Under the pieces are notes generated by a model. It was not told the origin of the DNA, ran no database searches, and saw nothing but the letters and a program-made list of their open reading frames with translations. Positions 50,801 through 62,933 of a stretch of DNA of 64,000 nucleotides are shown one piece after another. Position 1 is the first letter of the stretch, and each line of letters begins with the position of its first letter. The translations under genes were made by a program, and so were the position numbers. The stretch is from Scyliorhinus canicula. Taxonomy: Eukaryota. The DNA is taken from the NCBI RefSeq assembly GCF_902713615.1, contig NC_052158.1:153033400-153097399 (forward strand). Reading direction: 5' to 3'.

Positions 50801-53800
50801 TGATCTCCATCCGAACCCATAGGGAGAGGGGGGAGCAGAGGGAGAGGGAGAGACTGATAGGGGAGATGGTGAGGGTGGACAGGAGATATGCGGAGGCTCC
50901 AGAGGAGGGATTGCTGGGGGAGAGGCATAGCCTTCAGGCCAGGTTCGACCTATTGACTACCAGAAAGGCGGAAGCTCAGTGGAGGAAAGCACAGGGGGCG
51001 GTGTATGAGTATGGGGAGAAGGCGAGCAGGATGCTGGCACACCAGCTACGAAAGCGGGACACGGCCAGGGAGATTGGGGGAGTGACGGATAAAGCTGGGA
51101 AGGTGGTGCGGAGGGGGGTAGCTGTTAATGGGGTCTTCAGGGACTTCTATGGGGAATTGTACCGGTCGGAACCCCCGGTGGAGGGGGGAGAATGGGGCGC
51201 TTCTTGGACAAGCTGCGATTCCCGAGGGTGGAGGAGGAGCAGGTGGAAGGACTGGGGGCGTCGATCGAGCTGGAGGAGGTGGTTAAAGGGATAAAGAGCA
51301 TGCAGTCGGGAAGGCGCTGGGGCCGGGTGGGTTTCTGGCGGAATTTTATAAAAGGTATGTGGACCTTTTGGGCCCCCTGTTGGTCCGGACCTTTAACGAG
51401 GCAAGAAAGGGGGGGGGGGGGGGGGGGCTTTGGTGAGGATTCTTAGTGAATTCAGGGGTTTCTCTGGGTATAAGTTGAACCTGGGCAAGAGTGGGTTGGT
51501 TGTGGTGCATCCGGGGGATCAGGAGGAGGGGATTTGTAGGCTCCCACTGAAGCAGGCAGGGAAGAGCTTCAGGTACCTAGGTGTCCAGGTGGCTGGGAGT
51601 TGGGGGGCCCTGCACAAGCTCAACCTCACAAGGTTGGTGGAGCAGATGGAGGAGGAGTTTAAGAGGTGGGATATGTTACCGCTGTCACTGGCGGGGAGGG
51701 TGCAGTCCGTTAAGATGTCGGTTCTCCCGGGGATTTTGTTCCTGTTCCAGTGCCTCCCCATCTTTATCCCGAAGGCCTTTTTTAGGAGGGTCAACAGGAG
51801 TATCACGGGATTTGTGTGGGCACATGGGACTCCGAGGGTGAGAAGAGTGTTCCTGGAACGGGGCAGGGATAGGGGGGGCTGGCGTTGCCCAACTTCTGTG
51901 GGTACTATTGGGCTGCCAACACCGTGATGGTGCATAAGTGGGTAATGGACGAGGAAGGGGCAGCATGGAAGAGGATGGAGGTGGCGTCATGTGTGGGCAC
52001 GAGCCTGGAGGCGCTCGTAACGGCACCGTTGCCACTCCCTCCAACGAGGTATACCACGAGCCCGGTGGTGGCGGCTACCCTCAAAATTTGGGGGCAATGG
52101 AGATGGCGTAGGCAAGAAGTGGGGGGCTCAATGGAGGCCCCGTTATGGGGGAACCATCGGCTTGTCCCAGGGAGCATTGATGGCGGATTTCTGGGCTGGC
52201 ACAGGGCAGGGGTTAGGAGGTTGAGGGACCTGTTTGTGGAGGGGAGGTTCGCGAGCTTGGGGGAGTTAGAGGGGAAGTTTGGGCTCCCCCGGGGAACATG
52301 TTTAGGTACATGCAGGTGAGGGCATTTGCCAGGCGGCAGGTGGAGGGGTTCCCCTTGCTGCCCCCACGTGGGGTGCGGGACAGGGTGCTCTCGGGTGTGT
52401 GGGTTGGAGGAGGGAGGATTTTGGACATATACTGGGTGATGCAGGAGGTAGACGAGGCCTCGGTGGAGGAACTGAAGGGTAAATGGGAAGAGGAGCTGGG
52501 TGAGGAGATTGAGTAGGGGACGTGGGCGGATGCCCTGGAGAGAGTGAATTCCTCCTCTTCCTGTACGAGGCTTAGCCTCATACAGTTCAGGGTGCTGCAT
52601 AGGGCCCACATGACTGTGATGAGGATGAGTAGGTTTTTCGGGGGCGAAGGCAGGTGTGCTAGGTGCTCGGGGGGTCCAGCGAACCACGCCCATATGTTTT
52701 GGGCGTGCCCTGCGCTGGGGGAGTTTTGGAAGGGGGTAGCAAGGACGGTGTCGAGGGTGGTGGTATCCAGGGTCAAGCCAGGCTAGGGACACGCAATGTT
52801 TGGGGTGGCAGTGGAGCCGGGAGTGCAGGAGGAGAAAGAGGCTGGTGTTCTGGCCTTTGCGTCCTTAGTAGCCCGGCGGAGGATCTTGCTCCAATGGAAG
52901 GATGCGAGGCCCCCAAGCGCGGAGGCCTGGATCAATGATATGGCGGGGTTCATCAAATTGGAGAAGGTGAAATTTGCCCTGAGGGGATCAGTACAAGGGT
53001 TCTTTAGGCGGTGGCAGCCTTTCCTGGACTTCCTGGCGGAACGGTAGGGAAATAGGCCGGCAGCAGCAGCAACCCGGAGGGGGGGGGGGGGGGGGGAGAG
53101 AGTGAGGGAGGTGGGGGGTTTTGGTTCGGTGGGAGGGAGAACTGTGTACATGGGTTTGTGGGATGTGGCGGGTGTTATTTCTTTCCCTTTTGTTGTTTGG
53201 GTGTTCTTTTGTTTTATCTTTTGTTTGTAGTTGCGTTTGAAGATGGATGTGTGTTGTTCTTGGGTTGTTACCGTGGTTGATTTGTTAATATAGTTGTGAT
53301 CTTTATAGTTTGTATAAATTCCAATAAAAATTATTTAAAAAAAAATAAAATCTTCTTTCACACAATACTTTCCCTCACCTGTTCCCAACATGGTTTCTCT
53401 TACCGGTTTACAACTCTCCTGTCAGTATTCAGGCATCCAGGCACTAATTGCTTCACAAGTGCTTCAGCTAAAGCGTTGCAGGCTGTAGTAAAATATCACA
53501 AACCTTATGACCACTTTAGATATCTTTGGCTCCTCATGAGCCAACTTCTTCTCAGCTCGATCTGTGAATTCAATGAAGACAACACCTTTATCGTTCCAGT
53601 TTCTGTTTGTTCTTTATACTAAAAAATTCCTAAAACATCTCTTTTCATTCTATAGTTTCCCTAACTAGTCGTTCTGTAGTTTCTGATGTGCTTTTTTAGA
53701 AATTCTGCTTTTTTGCAGATCCCATGTCCTGATTCTGCTTCTGGGAGAGCTGTGAGAACAGTTCTCTTTCTAGTTTCCTAGGTCCATCTGCTATTAATTC

Positions 53801-54113
53801 AGCTAACACATAATTACAAGATCTGTCTGTCCTAAAGTAGCCACTGGTTGCTGAGCAACATTTCATTCTTTCCCCAAGCTCATGTTTACTTTTCCTGTCA
53901 TAAACACTCTCTCAGTACAATAGAAACACAGTTCGAACTGAAGGCAAAACCCCCACTGCAAACCCCCCCCCCCCTTAATCTAACATGAACCTAAGTACAG
54001 TTTTACACTTCAGTCTCCCGAAACACTAAATTAATTGCACATAATCTATACCTTATTTCCAACATCCAGCTGTACAAATATTGATCACATAATACTATCT
54101 CTGCTTCCAGACA
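47873..54113. mobile_element. Solo LTR (B), ~1.2 kb, split by L1 copy 2
   Basis: TGTTATG...CCAGACA termini; host CR1 reads continuously across (..gatgttatg | cgtgaaacttgatggggtccagag). Confidence 0.6.
48324..53346 (+). mobile_element. L1/Tx1-type LINE copy 2, both ends present, RT core deleted
   Basis: 5' CTTCCGG; ORF1/EN/C-terminus homologous to copy 1; AATAAA plus A-rich tail; TSD TAAAATCTTC(T)TTCACAC at 48307-48323 and 53346-53363; TT/AAAA target. Confidence 0.93.
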
Positions 54114-54289
54114 CGTGAAACTTGATGGGGTCCAGAGTTGATGTTGAGGATTCCCGGGTATCTCCTTCCCAACTTAAACCACTCTGCTGCCGCCTCTGTT
54201 GGACCAATCCTGCTAGTGGGTCAGGTCATACCCAGGGATAGTGATGGTGGGTCTGGGACATTATATGTAAGGCATACTTGCGTAAGTAA

Positions 54290-54598
54290 TAATAGCAATC
54301 ATCATTATTGTCACAAGTAGGCTTACATTAACACCACAATAAAATTACTGTGAAAATCCCCTTGTTGCCATACTCTGGCGCCTGTTCCGGTACACTGAGG
54401 GGGAACTTGGAATGTCCAATTCACCTGATAGCACGACTTTCGGGACATGTGGGAGGAAACCAGAGCACCCGGAGGAAACCCACGCAGACACGGGAAGAAA
54501 GTGCAGAGTCCACACAGACAGTGACCCAAGCTGGGAATCGAACCTGGGACCCTGGCGCTGTGAAGCAACACTGCCGACCAGTGTGCAACCATGCCGCC
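54290..54598 (-). mobile_element. V-SINE with Rex1-type tail
   Basis: Same structure as 6157-6462. Confidence 0.85.
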
Positions 54599-54735
54599 GA
54601 AGTATGACTATGTCAGGCTGTTGTTGGACTGGTCAGTGAAGTAGCTCTCCTAATTTTGCCCAACCCTCCAGATATTAGTAAGGATGTCTTTGCATGGTGG
54701 ACATTATTGGATTCCCTGTTGTCACCACCGCTGCC

Positions 54736-54986
54736 AAGGTGAGAGGGTCAATGTTCGGATTCGTCCGGAGGTGGCAACCATTTATCGACTTCTTTGGGGA
54801 AAGCTAAACTTTCAGCAGAGACAATAAAGGGTTGGGAGGGGGGGGGGGGGGGGTAGTCTACTCTGTTTTTAAGGTAGGCTGGATTACTGAGAGATGGAGA
54901 GGTGTTTTTTGCACTATGTTTATATTTGTATTTGTACCGCTTATTGTTATAAAATTATAAATGCCTTAATAAAAAGTTTAAAAAAT
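54736..54986 (+). mobile_element. Short 3' end of a diverged L1/Tx1-type LINE
   Basis: VRGSMFGFVRRWQPFIDFFGES* resembles LRGSVQGFFRRWQPFLDFLAER*; poly-G, AATAAA, A tail. Confidence 0.75.
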
Positions 54987-55100
54987 ACATATTTGAGGTT
55001 GTAACGAGAGGGATAGATGCAGGGGAACCAGTAAATGTAATATCCTTGGATTGCCAACAAGTATTTGATAAGGAACTGCATAAAAGTCTACTAAATAAGA

Positions 55101-55279
55101 CTGGTTTAGCTCACTTGGCTAAATCGCTGGCTTTTAAAGCAGACCAAGCAGGCCAGCAGCATGGTTCGATTCCCGTACCAGCCTCCCCGGACAGGCGCCA
55201 GAATGTGGCGACTAGGGGCTTTTCACAGTAACTTCATTGAAGCCTACTCGTGACAATTATCAATTTTCATTTCATTTCA
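55101..55279 (+). mobile_element. Short tRNA-SINE
   Basis: Family consensus. Confidence 0.85.
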
Positions 55280-55695
55280 AGTGCCCATGGTATTGTGGAT
55301 AGTATATTAGCATGGATAGAGGATTGACTAACAGATAGAATACAGAGAATTGGGATAAGAGGGGCACTTTAAGGATGCCAACCTGTACCGAGTGGAGTGC
55401 CACAGGGATTAATGCTGGGGCCACAATTATTTACAATATATATTGATAACTTGGACAAGTGACGTGAATGTTTATGGATAACACAAAAATGGGTGGGAAG
55501 GCAAGTGGTGGGGATGACACACAGTCTACAGAAGGATATAGACAGGTTAAGTGAGTGGGTGGTCAAACACCGGGCAGATGGAATATAATGCAGGAAACTA
55601 TAAAGTTATGCATTTTGATAGGAAGAATAATGGAGCTGATTATTATTTAACTGAAATAAGACTGCAGAAAACTGCAGCACAGAGGGATTTAGGGG

Positions 55696-55899
55696 TTTTC
55701 TTTTTCTTTTTTTTTCAATTGAGGGGCCATTTTAGCGTGGCCAACCTATCGACACTGCACACCTTTGGGTTGTGGGGGCGAAACCCATGCAAGCACCGGG
55801 AGAATGTGCAAACTCCACACAGACAGTGTGGGAGCCAGGATCGAACCTGGGATCTCGGCACTGTGAGGCATCAGGTCTAACCCACTGCGCCACCATGCA
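55696..55899 (-). mobile_element. V-SINE, poly(A) variant
   Basis: poly-T plus tgggttgtgggggcgaaaccc. Confidence 0.78.
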
Positions 55900-56097
55900 T
55901 GCATGAAACACAAAATGCTAGGAGGCAAGTTCAGTTGTAAATTGGGAAGCCAAATGGAATGGTGGCTTTTATTTCAACGGGAATGGATTTCAAAAGTAGG
56001 GAAGCATGCTAAAAATATGCAAAGCACTACTTAGATCACAAATGGATTACTGTGAACAGTTTTGGTCCCTTTATCTAAGGAAAGATATACTGGCATT

Positions 56098-56866
56098 GGA
56101 TTGGCTTTGTTTATTGTCACGTGTACCATGATACATTGACAAGTATTGTTCTGCGAGCAGCTCAACAGATAATTAAGTACATGAAATGAATATAAAATAA
56201 AAGTAAAGACATAATAGGGCAACACAATATACACAATGTAACTACATAGACATTGGCACTGGGTGATGTATACAGGTATGAAATGTTAATCAGGTCAGTC
56301 CATAAGAGGGTCATTTAGGAGTCTGGTAACAGCGGGGAAGAAGCTGTTTTTGAGACTGTTCGTGCGTGTTCTCAGACTTCTATATCTCCTGCCCGATGGA
56401 AGAAGTTGGAAGAGTGAGTAAGCCGGGTGGGAGGGGTCTTTGATTATGCTGTCCGCTTTCCCCAGGCAGCGGGACGTGTAAATGGAGTCAATGGGTGGGA
56501 GACAGGTTTGTGTGATGAACTGGGCTGTGTTCACGACTCTCTGAAGTTTCTTGCGGTCTTGGGCCGAGCAGTTGCCATGCCAGGCTGTGATGCATCCAGA
56601 GAGGATACTTTCCATGGTGCATCTGTAAAAGTTGGTAAGAGTTAATGTGGACATGCTGAATTTCTTTAGTTTCCTGAGGAAATATAGGCGCTGTTGTGCT
56701 TTCTTGGTGGTAGCGTCGAAGTGGGTGGAGCAGGACATAGTTTTGGAGTTGTGTACCCCTAGGAATTTGAGGATGTTAACCAACTTCACCTCGGACCCAT
56801 TGATGCTAACAGGGATGTGTACCGTAATTTTCTTTCTGAAGTCAATGACCAACTCTTTAGTTTTGC
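56098..56866 (-). mobile_element. Rex1/Babar-like LINE 3' fragment, open to stop
   Basis: ORF 56295..56906: KTKELVIDFRK..YRCTMESILSGCITAWHGNC..HP...F.LLPSGRRYRSLRTRT..KNSFFP. Confidence 0.88.
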
Positions 56867-56884
56867 AGTCCGCAAATGATGCCA

Positions 56885-58145
56885 GTGTGTGAGTAAACCG
56901 AGGCATATGGCAGAATGGGCCTCACTAAAAATAGAATTATAGAATCTCTACAGGGTAGAAATAGGCAACTGGCCCATCGAGTCTGCACCGACCCTTGGAA
57001 AAGGTACCCTTCCTATTCCTGTAACCTACTAATCCTAGCTAACCTTTTGGACCCTGGGGGGAAATTTAGCATGGCCAGTCCATCTAACCTGCACAACCTT
57101 CGACTATGGGAGGAAACTGGAGCACCCAGTGGAAACCCAGGAAGACACGGAGAGAAAGCACAAACTCCAGACAGACAGGTACCCAAGGCTGGAATTGAAC
57201 CTGGGTCCCTGGTGCTGTGAGGCAGCAGGTCTAACCACTGTGCCACTGTGCCACCCCAGAAAACATAAGGTTCACTACCAGCCGTCCCCTGCCACACAAA
57301 ACGAATCCCTAACCATTAAGGGCCACAGTGAGCTTCTGGACAATGTGCATCATGTCCCATACCTTGGGAGCCTCGTCTCGGCACAACAAGACATCAATGA
57401 TGAAATCGAGCAACGACCCCAATCCACCAATGCATGATCGGATGCCTGAGGAATAGAATGTTTGACGACCAAGACCTCAAACACAGCACAGAGCTCATGC
57501 CTAAAGAGCAGCCGTTATCCTCTTACTTCTGTAAACATCAGAAACATGGACAATGTACAGTGGTCACCTCAAATCACTGGAAAGATACCACCAATGCTTC
57601 CTCCTCAAAATCCTGCAAAATCCACTGGCAGGATAGGTGTACCGACGGGAGCATCCTCCCCATGCCAATATCCAGTATGGAGGCACTGGTCGTGCGTGAC
57701 CAGCTGCAATAAACGGGTCAATTTGATCACATGCCCAATGCAAGACTCTTGAAAGAAATGCTCTACTCCGAGCTCCGAAATGGCAAGCGATCACGAGGAG
57801 GGCAGAGGAAACTCGACAAGGACACTCTGAAAGCCTTTCTAAATAAATGCACCATCCCCAACGACACGTGAGAATTGCTTGCCTTAGAATGCACAAATTT
57901 GAGAAGAGGCATCCGCGAAGGCGCCAATCGTTTCGAGCGTCACAGGATGGAGCACGCGGAGGCTAAACATAAACAGCAGATAGAGAGCGCAGAATCTAGA
58001 GTCTCCCACCACCCATCTCATCAAACACCACCTGCTAAACCTGTGGCAGAGTCTGCAGACCCAGGATTGAACTATTCAGCCGCCGCAGAACCCATCTCCC
58101 CGGAGTGGAAGCAAGTCCTCCTGGACTCGAAGGGACTGCCCTAGA
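56885..58145 (+). mobile_element. RTE-clade LINE 3' fragment, SINE-interrupted
   Basis: EAY..MGL..K.KV.YQP..LDNV.H.PYLGS....DI.DEI..; LYSEL..GKR.RGGQRK..KDTLK. Confidence 0.75.
56930..57257 (-). mobile_element. HE1/V-SINE, CR1 tail, inside the RTE
   Basis: Family consensus. Confidence 0.8.
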
Positions 58146-58279
58146 TCCGCAGCAGATTACTGGAGAGCAAAGTACACACATAAAGGACATTATGCTTGGG
58201 AAAGTGGAAAGAAGGACATTTCTGATAAAATTGCTGTTCTTTTGACTATATCCTTATTATTATTATTTCATGTCTGCAG

Positions 58280-58530
58280 CGGGACCCAAAGCACACTACA
58301 GCTGCTGAAGTTGTTGATCTATTGTAAAGTAGAAAAGTGGCAGTTTTATTGAGCAAGGTCCACAATCTAAACTGATGGGACAATGGCCAGGCGATCTGTT
58401 CTTTTGCGTTGCTTGCGGAGTAAATGTTCGGCAGGACAAAGAGGAGAACTTTCCTTCTCTTCCAATTGATCAGGTATCGCCACTGGATAGGCAAAGTCTG
58501 GCTTTATCATCTCCTCTGATCGACGGACAG
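58280..58530 (-). mobile_element. Old SacSINE1/Deu-type SINE remnant (similar remnants at ~870-1205 + and 39870-40220 -)
   Basis: Degenerate match recognised by eye (aaatgttcggcaggacaaagaggagaactttccttctcttc). Confidence 0.45.
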
Positions 58531-59152
58531 TCAACCATTATGTGTAAGAAATAAGCACATACAAACCCGCAGCTATCAGCTAAGATCCAACACTTTCTAT
58601 AACTACTTTATGGGTGTTGTTCCCCTTTCTGATCGAACCTATATAAAAGGACATTCCTCATCCAGATTCCTCGTTCCCGCTAAATTTACTTATTAGATTT
58701 CACATATCACTTAAAGGTTTGTGCTGATTGTCAATCAATTTCAGCTGGTTTACCCTAACACAGATCAAAACATTCAAATAAGTTTGTTAGTTCGGCGACC
58801 CTTGCACATTTAGGCATGAATTGTCTAAGTATTGACTTTTTATTTGGGCGATTTGTTTCTAGGCAAAATCATTTGATGCCATAAAAAGTTAGCAGGAACA
58901 ATTGATAGACATACCTAAGGAGAATCAATCAGGGAAAATATATATATGCAAGTTTAAAATTTAGTATTACATTAGACATCGCTGGCAACGTGCCAAAAGT
59001 CAAGAGTTCTATTTTGCTTTCCTCAGATCAAATGGAAAAATAAATGAGGCATTATTCCCCAGAGGGACTTTTATCCATGAACTATTGTTTACATTCCTTT
59101 TGTTTGATGTGCGACCTATCACCCAGAAATCTCACCGGCAAACCGAAAACTG

Positions 59153-59158
59153 TATAAA
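59153..59158 (+). promoter_or_regulatory. Candidate TATA box of gene C
   Basis: TATAAA 39 nt upstream of the first ATG, in non-repeat sequence. Confidence 0.5.
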
Positions 59159-59191
59159 GGCACAACCATTCCTCATTCGAAGAAGACTTCC

Positions 59192-59439
59192 ATGCTGCGG
59201 AGATCTGAACGTTACCCGTTAGAAAGCATCGTGATGCATCATATTTCGCTTGGCTTCCTATTTGCTGTTGCCGGAGCTGCAGTTAGCCAGCCAGACTGCC
59301 AGCTCCAGGGAAACGTTGACTTGCCAGGTATCAGTGAAAACGGAGATGTCATCCTTGGCGGAATGTTCCATGTTCATTCACACAGGCTTGAACGTATTGA
59401 CCGCTTCAAACAGTCTCCAGAGCAACCACGGTGCAAAGG
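59192..59439 (+). CDS. V2R/OlfC-like gene C, exon 1 (ATG at 59192 or 59234)
   Basis: HISLGFLFAVAGAAVS leader, CQLQGN..GDVILGGMFHVH..PRCK; donor GG|GTTAGT at 59440, phase 2; paralogous to gene B exon 1. Confidence 0.9.
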
Positions 59440-60943
59440 GTTAGTTCCCCTGTCCAGCATGTGACTGTGTTTGCTGATACATGTATGGTTTTCTATGGTG
59501 TTGATCAAAATCATGTACCTTTAGATTGCTACTGTCAGTTTTTAATCAATTTGAAGTATTGCAGCGTCACTGGCTAGACCAGCATTTATTACCCATCCCC
59601 AATTATCCTTGAGATGGTGGTGATGAGCCGCCCTCTTGAAGTGCTGCAGTCCGCCTGGTGTAGATACAGCCACAGTGATGTCTCAGAGGGAGTTCCAGTG
59701 TTTTGGGAATCGCGACAGTGCGGATGGTGTGTAACTTGGAGGGGAGCTTGGAGGTTGTGGCGTTCCCTTGCACCTACTTTGCTTGTAAGTTGTCGAGGCC
59801 GCGTGTATGGAAAGTCCTGTCAAAGGAAGCTTGGTGAGATTCTGGAGTTTCATTTGTAGATGGTACATTCTCTTTCATAGCGCACGCAGCGGAGGGACTG
59901 GATGTTTAAGGCGGTGGGTGAAGAATTAATAGGCGGGCTTTTTTGTACCGATGGTGTTGAGGCTCTTGAGTGTTGCTGGAGTTGCATTCATCCAAGCCAT
60001 TGGCGAGTATTCAATCAGATGGTGGTCATTGCATAGTATAAACTTTACTTGACTGTAAAGTCCAGAATCAAAAAGCTTATTTTTAAAGAAGAGTAGTACA
60101 CTACGGATTTGAAAATCAGAAACCTCTTTGGGTCACCGATTTGAAAAGTTTGTCTTTCCCTCTCCACAGATCCTGCCTGACCTGCTGAGTTTTCCCAGCA
60201 TTTCCTGTCTTTAGGTCTTATTTCAAAGTATTTCTTCACCTAGTTTCATTTCTCTTGATTTTGTAACAACGCCCCGAATATGCTTTGAAACCAGGTCTAA
60301 AAGCTTTGAGTTGGGTTTGATGATTGTAAGAAGAATGTCGTCCACAACATTATAATTAAAACCACGGTCGCTGAGGTGGGAATGCAGAACGGGCCACAGT
60401 TACTCCCATTGATAGATATTGAGGGGTCTCCTTGAGAGAAATGTTGCATTGTGTAGGTGCAGGGTGAGGACGAGATTCCCCTTAGATGTGATGCTTCCAG
60501 CAACCTGGTAAGATTCAATGTCTTGGCAACCACATGAAAAAATGCCATTGGTAACAAGTATTGGGGCGCTCTTGTCGAAATTGGAACGTTACGGAAAGAA
60601 GGTTTGTACTTTCAGGAAATAAAATAAGAAAATATAATGCACCCTGTAGGCTAAGCTATCAGCTGCACGTCTTATCAGCAGCATTTCGTGTTTGTTTTTA
60701 TTACGAAATATAAAAATGCGCGCTCACGTAAATGGCAAATTGCAGGAGTGCTCACTATGTCATCTAATAATAGATTTCTACCAAGATGCTGAGGATGCCG
60801 AAAATTAAATTACTTCCGGGTAATCTGCAATCCAGCTTCGCAAAATTAGAAGTCCAGCTTTTATTTCTGTGAACCGCTCTTAGAATATAAAGATGAAAAA
60901 CATGATGATATTTCATTTCTCTGGTCAAAGGCAGGTCCAAACC

Positions 60944-61284
60944 ATGGTACAGTGGCACAGTGGTTAGCACTGCTGCCTCACAGCTCCAGGGTCCCGGGTT
61001 CAAACCCAGCCTCGGGTGACTGTGTGGAGTCTGCACGTTTTCCCCGTGTCTGCTTGGGTTTCCTCCGGGTGCCCCGATTTCCTCCCATAATCCAAACATT
61101 TGCAGGTTAGGTGGATTGGCTATGCTAAATTTCCCCTTTGTGTACACAATGTTAGGTGGGGTTACTGGGTTGCGGGGATAGGGTGGAGGTGTGGGTTAAG
61201 TAGGGTGCTCGTTCCAAAGGCTGGTGCAGACTCGATGGACCGAATGGCCTCCTTCTGCACTGTAAATTCTATGTGAACTCTATG
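60944..61284 (+). mobile_element. HE1/V-SINE, CR1 tail
   Basis: Family consensus. Confidence 0.85.
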
Positions 61285-61544
61285 AAAACATCGCTACCTC
61301 CATCACAGGTAGGGTGAAGAGGCAGGCCACATCCGACCCATGGGATCAAATTCCATTCTGCTGTCACCAATCCAACTCTCCTCCCGCACCAAGCCCTCAA
61401 TAAGTCCGAACTGCCCTGGTAACATACACTTTTACATGCATGTTTCAACCTGGAGTAACGTGTAATGGCCGCACAGATTCCAATTTATTTCCATTGCATG
61501 ACTGACCAGGAAACCAGCCTCCCTCCCCCACTTACCAACTTTCG

Positions 61545-62020
61545 AAACATAGAAAATAGCAGTAGGCCATTCGATCTATCGAGCTTGCTCCGCCATTCAT
61601 TATGATGGTAGCTGATCACACAACTCAATAGCTTGTTCCAGCTTTTGCCTTATATCCTTTGATCATTTTTGCCCCAAGTGCTACATCTCACTCCTTCTTG
61701 AAGTCCAATGTTTTGGACTCAGCTATTTTCTGCGGTAGAGAATTCCACAACTACACCACTCGAACCTCGTCTCAGTCTGCCTCCTTAGACTGTGGTCCCT
61801 GGTCCTGAACTCCTCTCCGCTCCCTTCAATAGGGAATACCTTTCCTGCATCTACTCTGTGCAGTCCTGGTAGAATGTTTAAGGTTTGTATGATATCTACC
61901 CCTTCCATTTTCCTAAACTTCAGAGAATACAATCCTAACCACTCAATCTCTTCTCATACGTCAGATCGGCCATCCCAAGAATCTGTCTGGTAAACCTTCG
62001 CTGCACTCCCTGTATAGCAA
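61545..62020 (-). mobile_element. Degenerate CR1 3' fragment
   Basis: IQGVQRRFTRQILGMADLTYEKRL; same tail family as 31.5 kb. Confidence 0.75.
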
Positions 62021-62933
62021 TAACATTTTGGCACATGTTGGAAGGATCGAGATTTTGACACTCAACTTGTTTGCCAGCGTTATGAAGGCACACTTCTTGG
62101 CCATCAAGGAGTAAGGCTTCAAACCAGAGCTGCTGAGCAGCACCTCTTCTATCTACTGCACCACAAGGCCTCTTACGAACGGTTATAGCAGCTAATAATT
62201 TTGCTTCATGTTCAGACAAGAATGTTTTTTTTTGTTTCAGTATTTGCCTCCGGTGTGATCAGCTATTTATACGTATCGTTTTATCCTCTTTATAAACAGA
62301 GTCGTTCTGAAGTCCACTTAGGTAGTTTCTTATACGAATTTATGGCGGTCAGCTGCAATGCATATTTCTGTTGATGAATATAAATATTCAGACACGTATT
62401 CATCTATCTACCTCTCCAACTGTCTACCACTCTATCTCTATAAAGGAAAAATGCAAGAAAGTCGGCATCTTTGGAAGACAAACTCACGTCTATCTTTATA
62501 GCAAGTTTCTTCTTCAGAACTAGGAAAGAATTGAAAGGCAGCAGGCATTATAACAGAATCAGAATCGAGTGGCAGGGGTCTCCGCATAGAGCAAAACCTA
62601 ATTTGTTGATCATTTGCAAATTGCTTGAAGGGAAAAATCAGATATATTTTACTGACAGAAACTAGCAGCTTTGATAGACAATGGAGAATTGAAATGAAAT
62701 TGAAATAAGCACTTTTTGAGAGAGAAAAGCCAGTTAATTCAACAAATTTCTATTTGCTCGGGAGAATGAGTTCTACTCTGATGTATAGAGTAGATATTTA
62801 TGGTTTACAACTAGAGGTTTAAACAAAGCGGGAAACATTTACATGATTGCAAAGAGCACCACCAAAAAGGGTTACTTAAATAATGGAGAAAAAACCTTTT
62901 ATGACTAAACACCCGTTTCTACGTATGTGTTCA

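Larger units (their letters stand above)
54990..56097 (+). mobile_element. Degenerate CR1 RT fragment, SINE-interrupted
   Basis: SGVPQGLMLGPQLFTIYIDNLD; LQKDIDRLSEW. Confidence 0.7.

Noticed and set aside
51905-52792. 295-aa antisense ORF and similar ORFs opposite both L1 copies
   Set aside because: By-product of extreme G/C skew; Pro/His-rich with no domain
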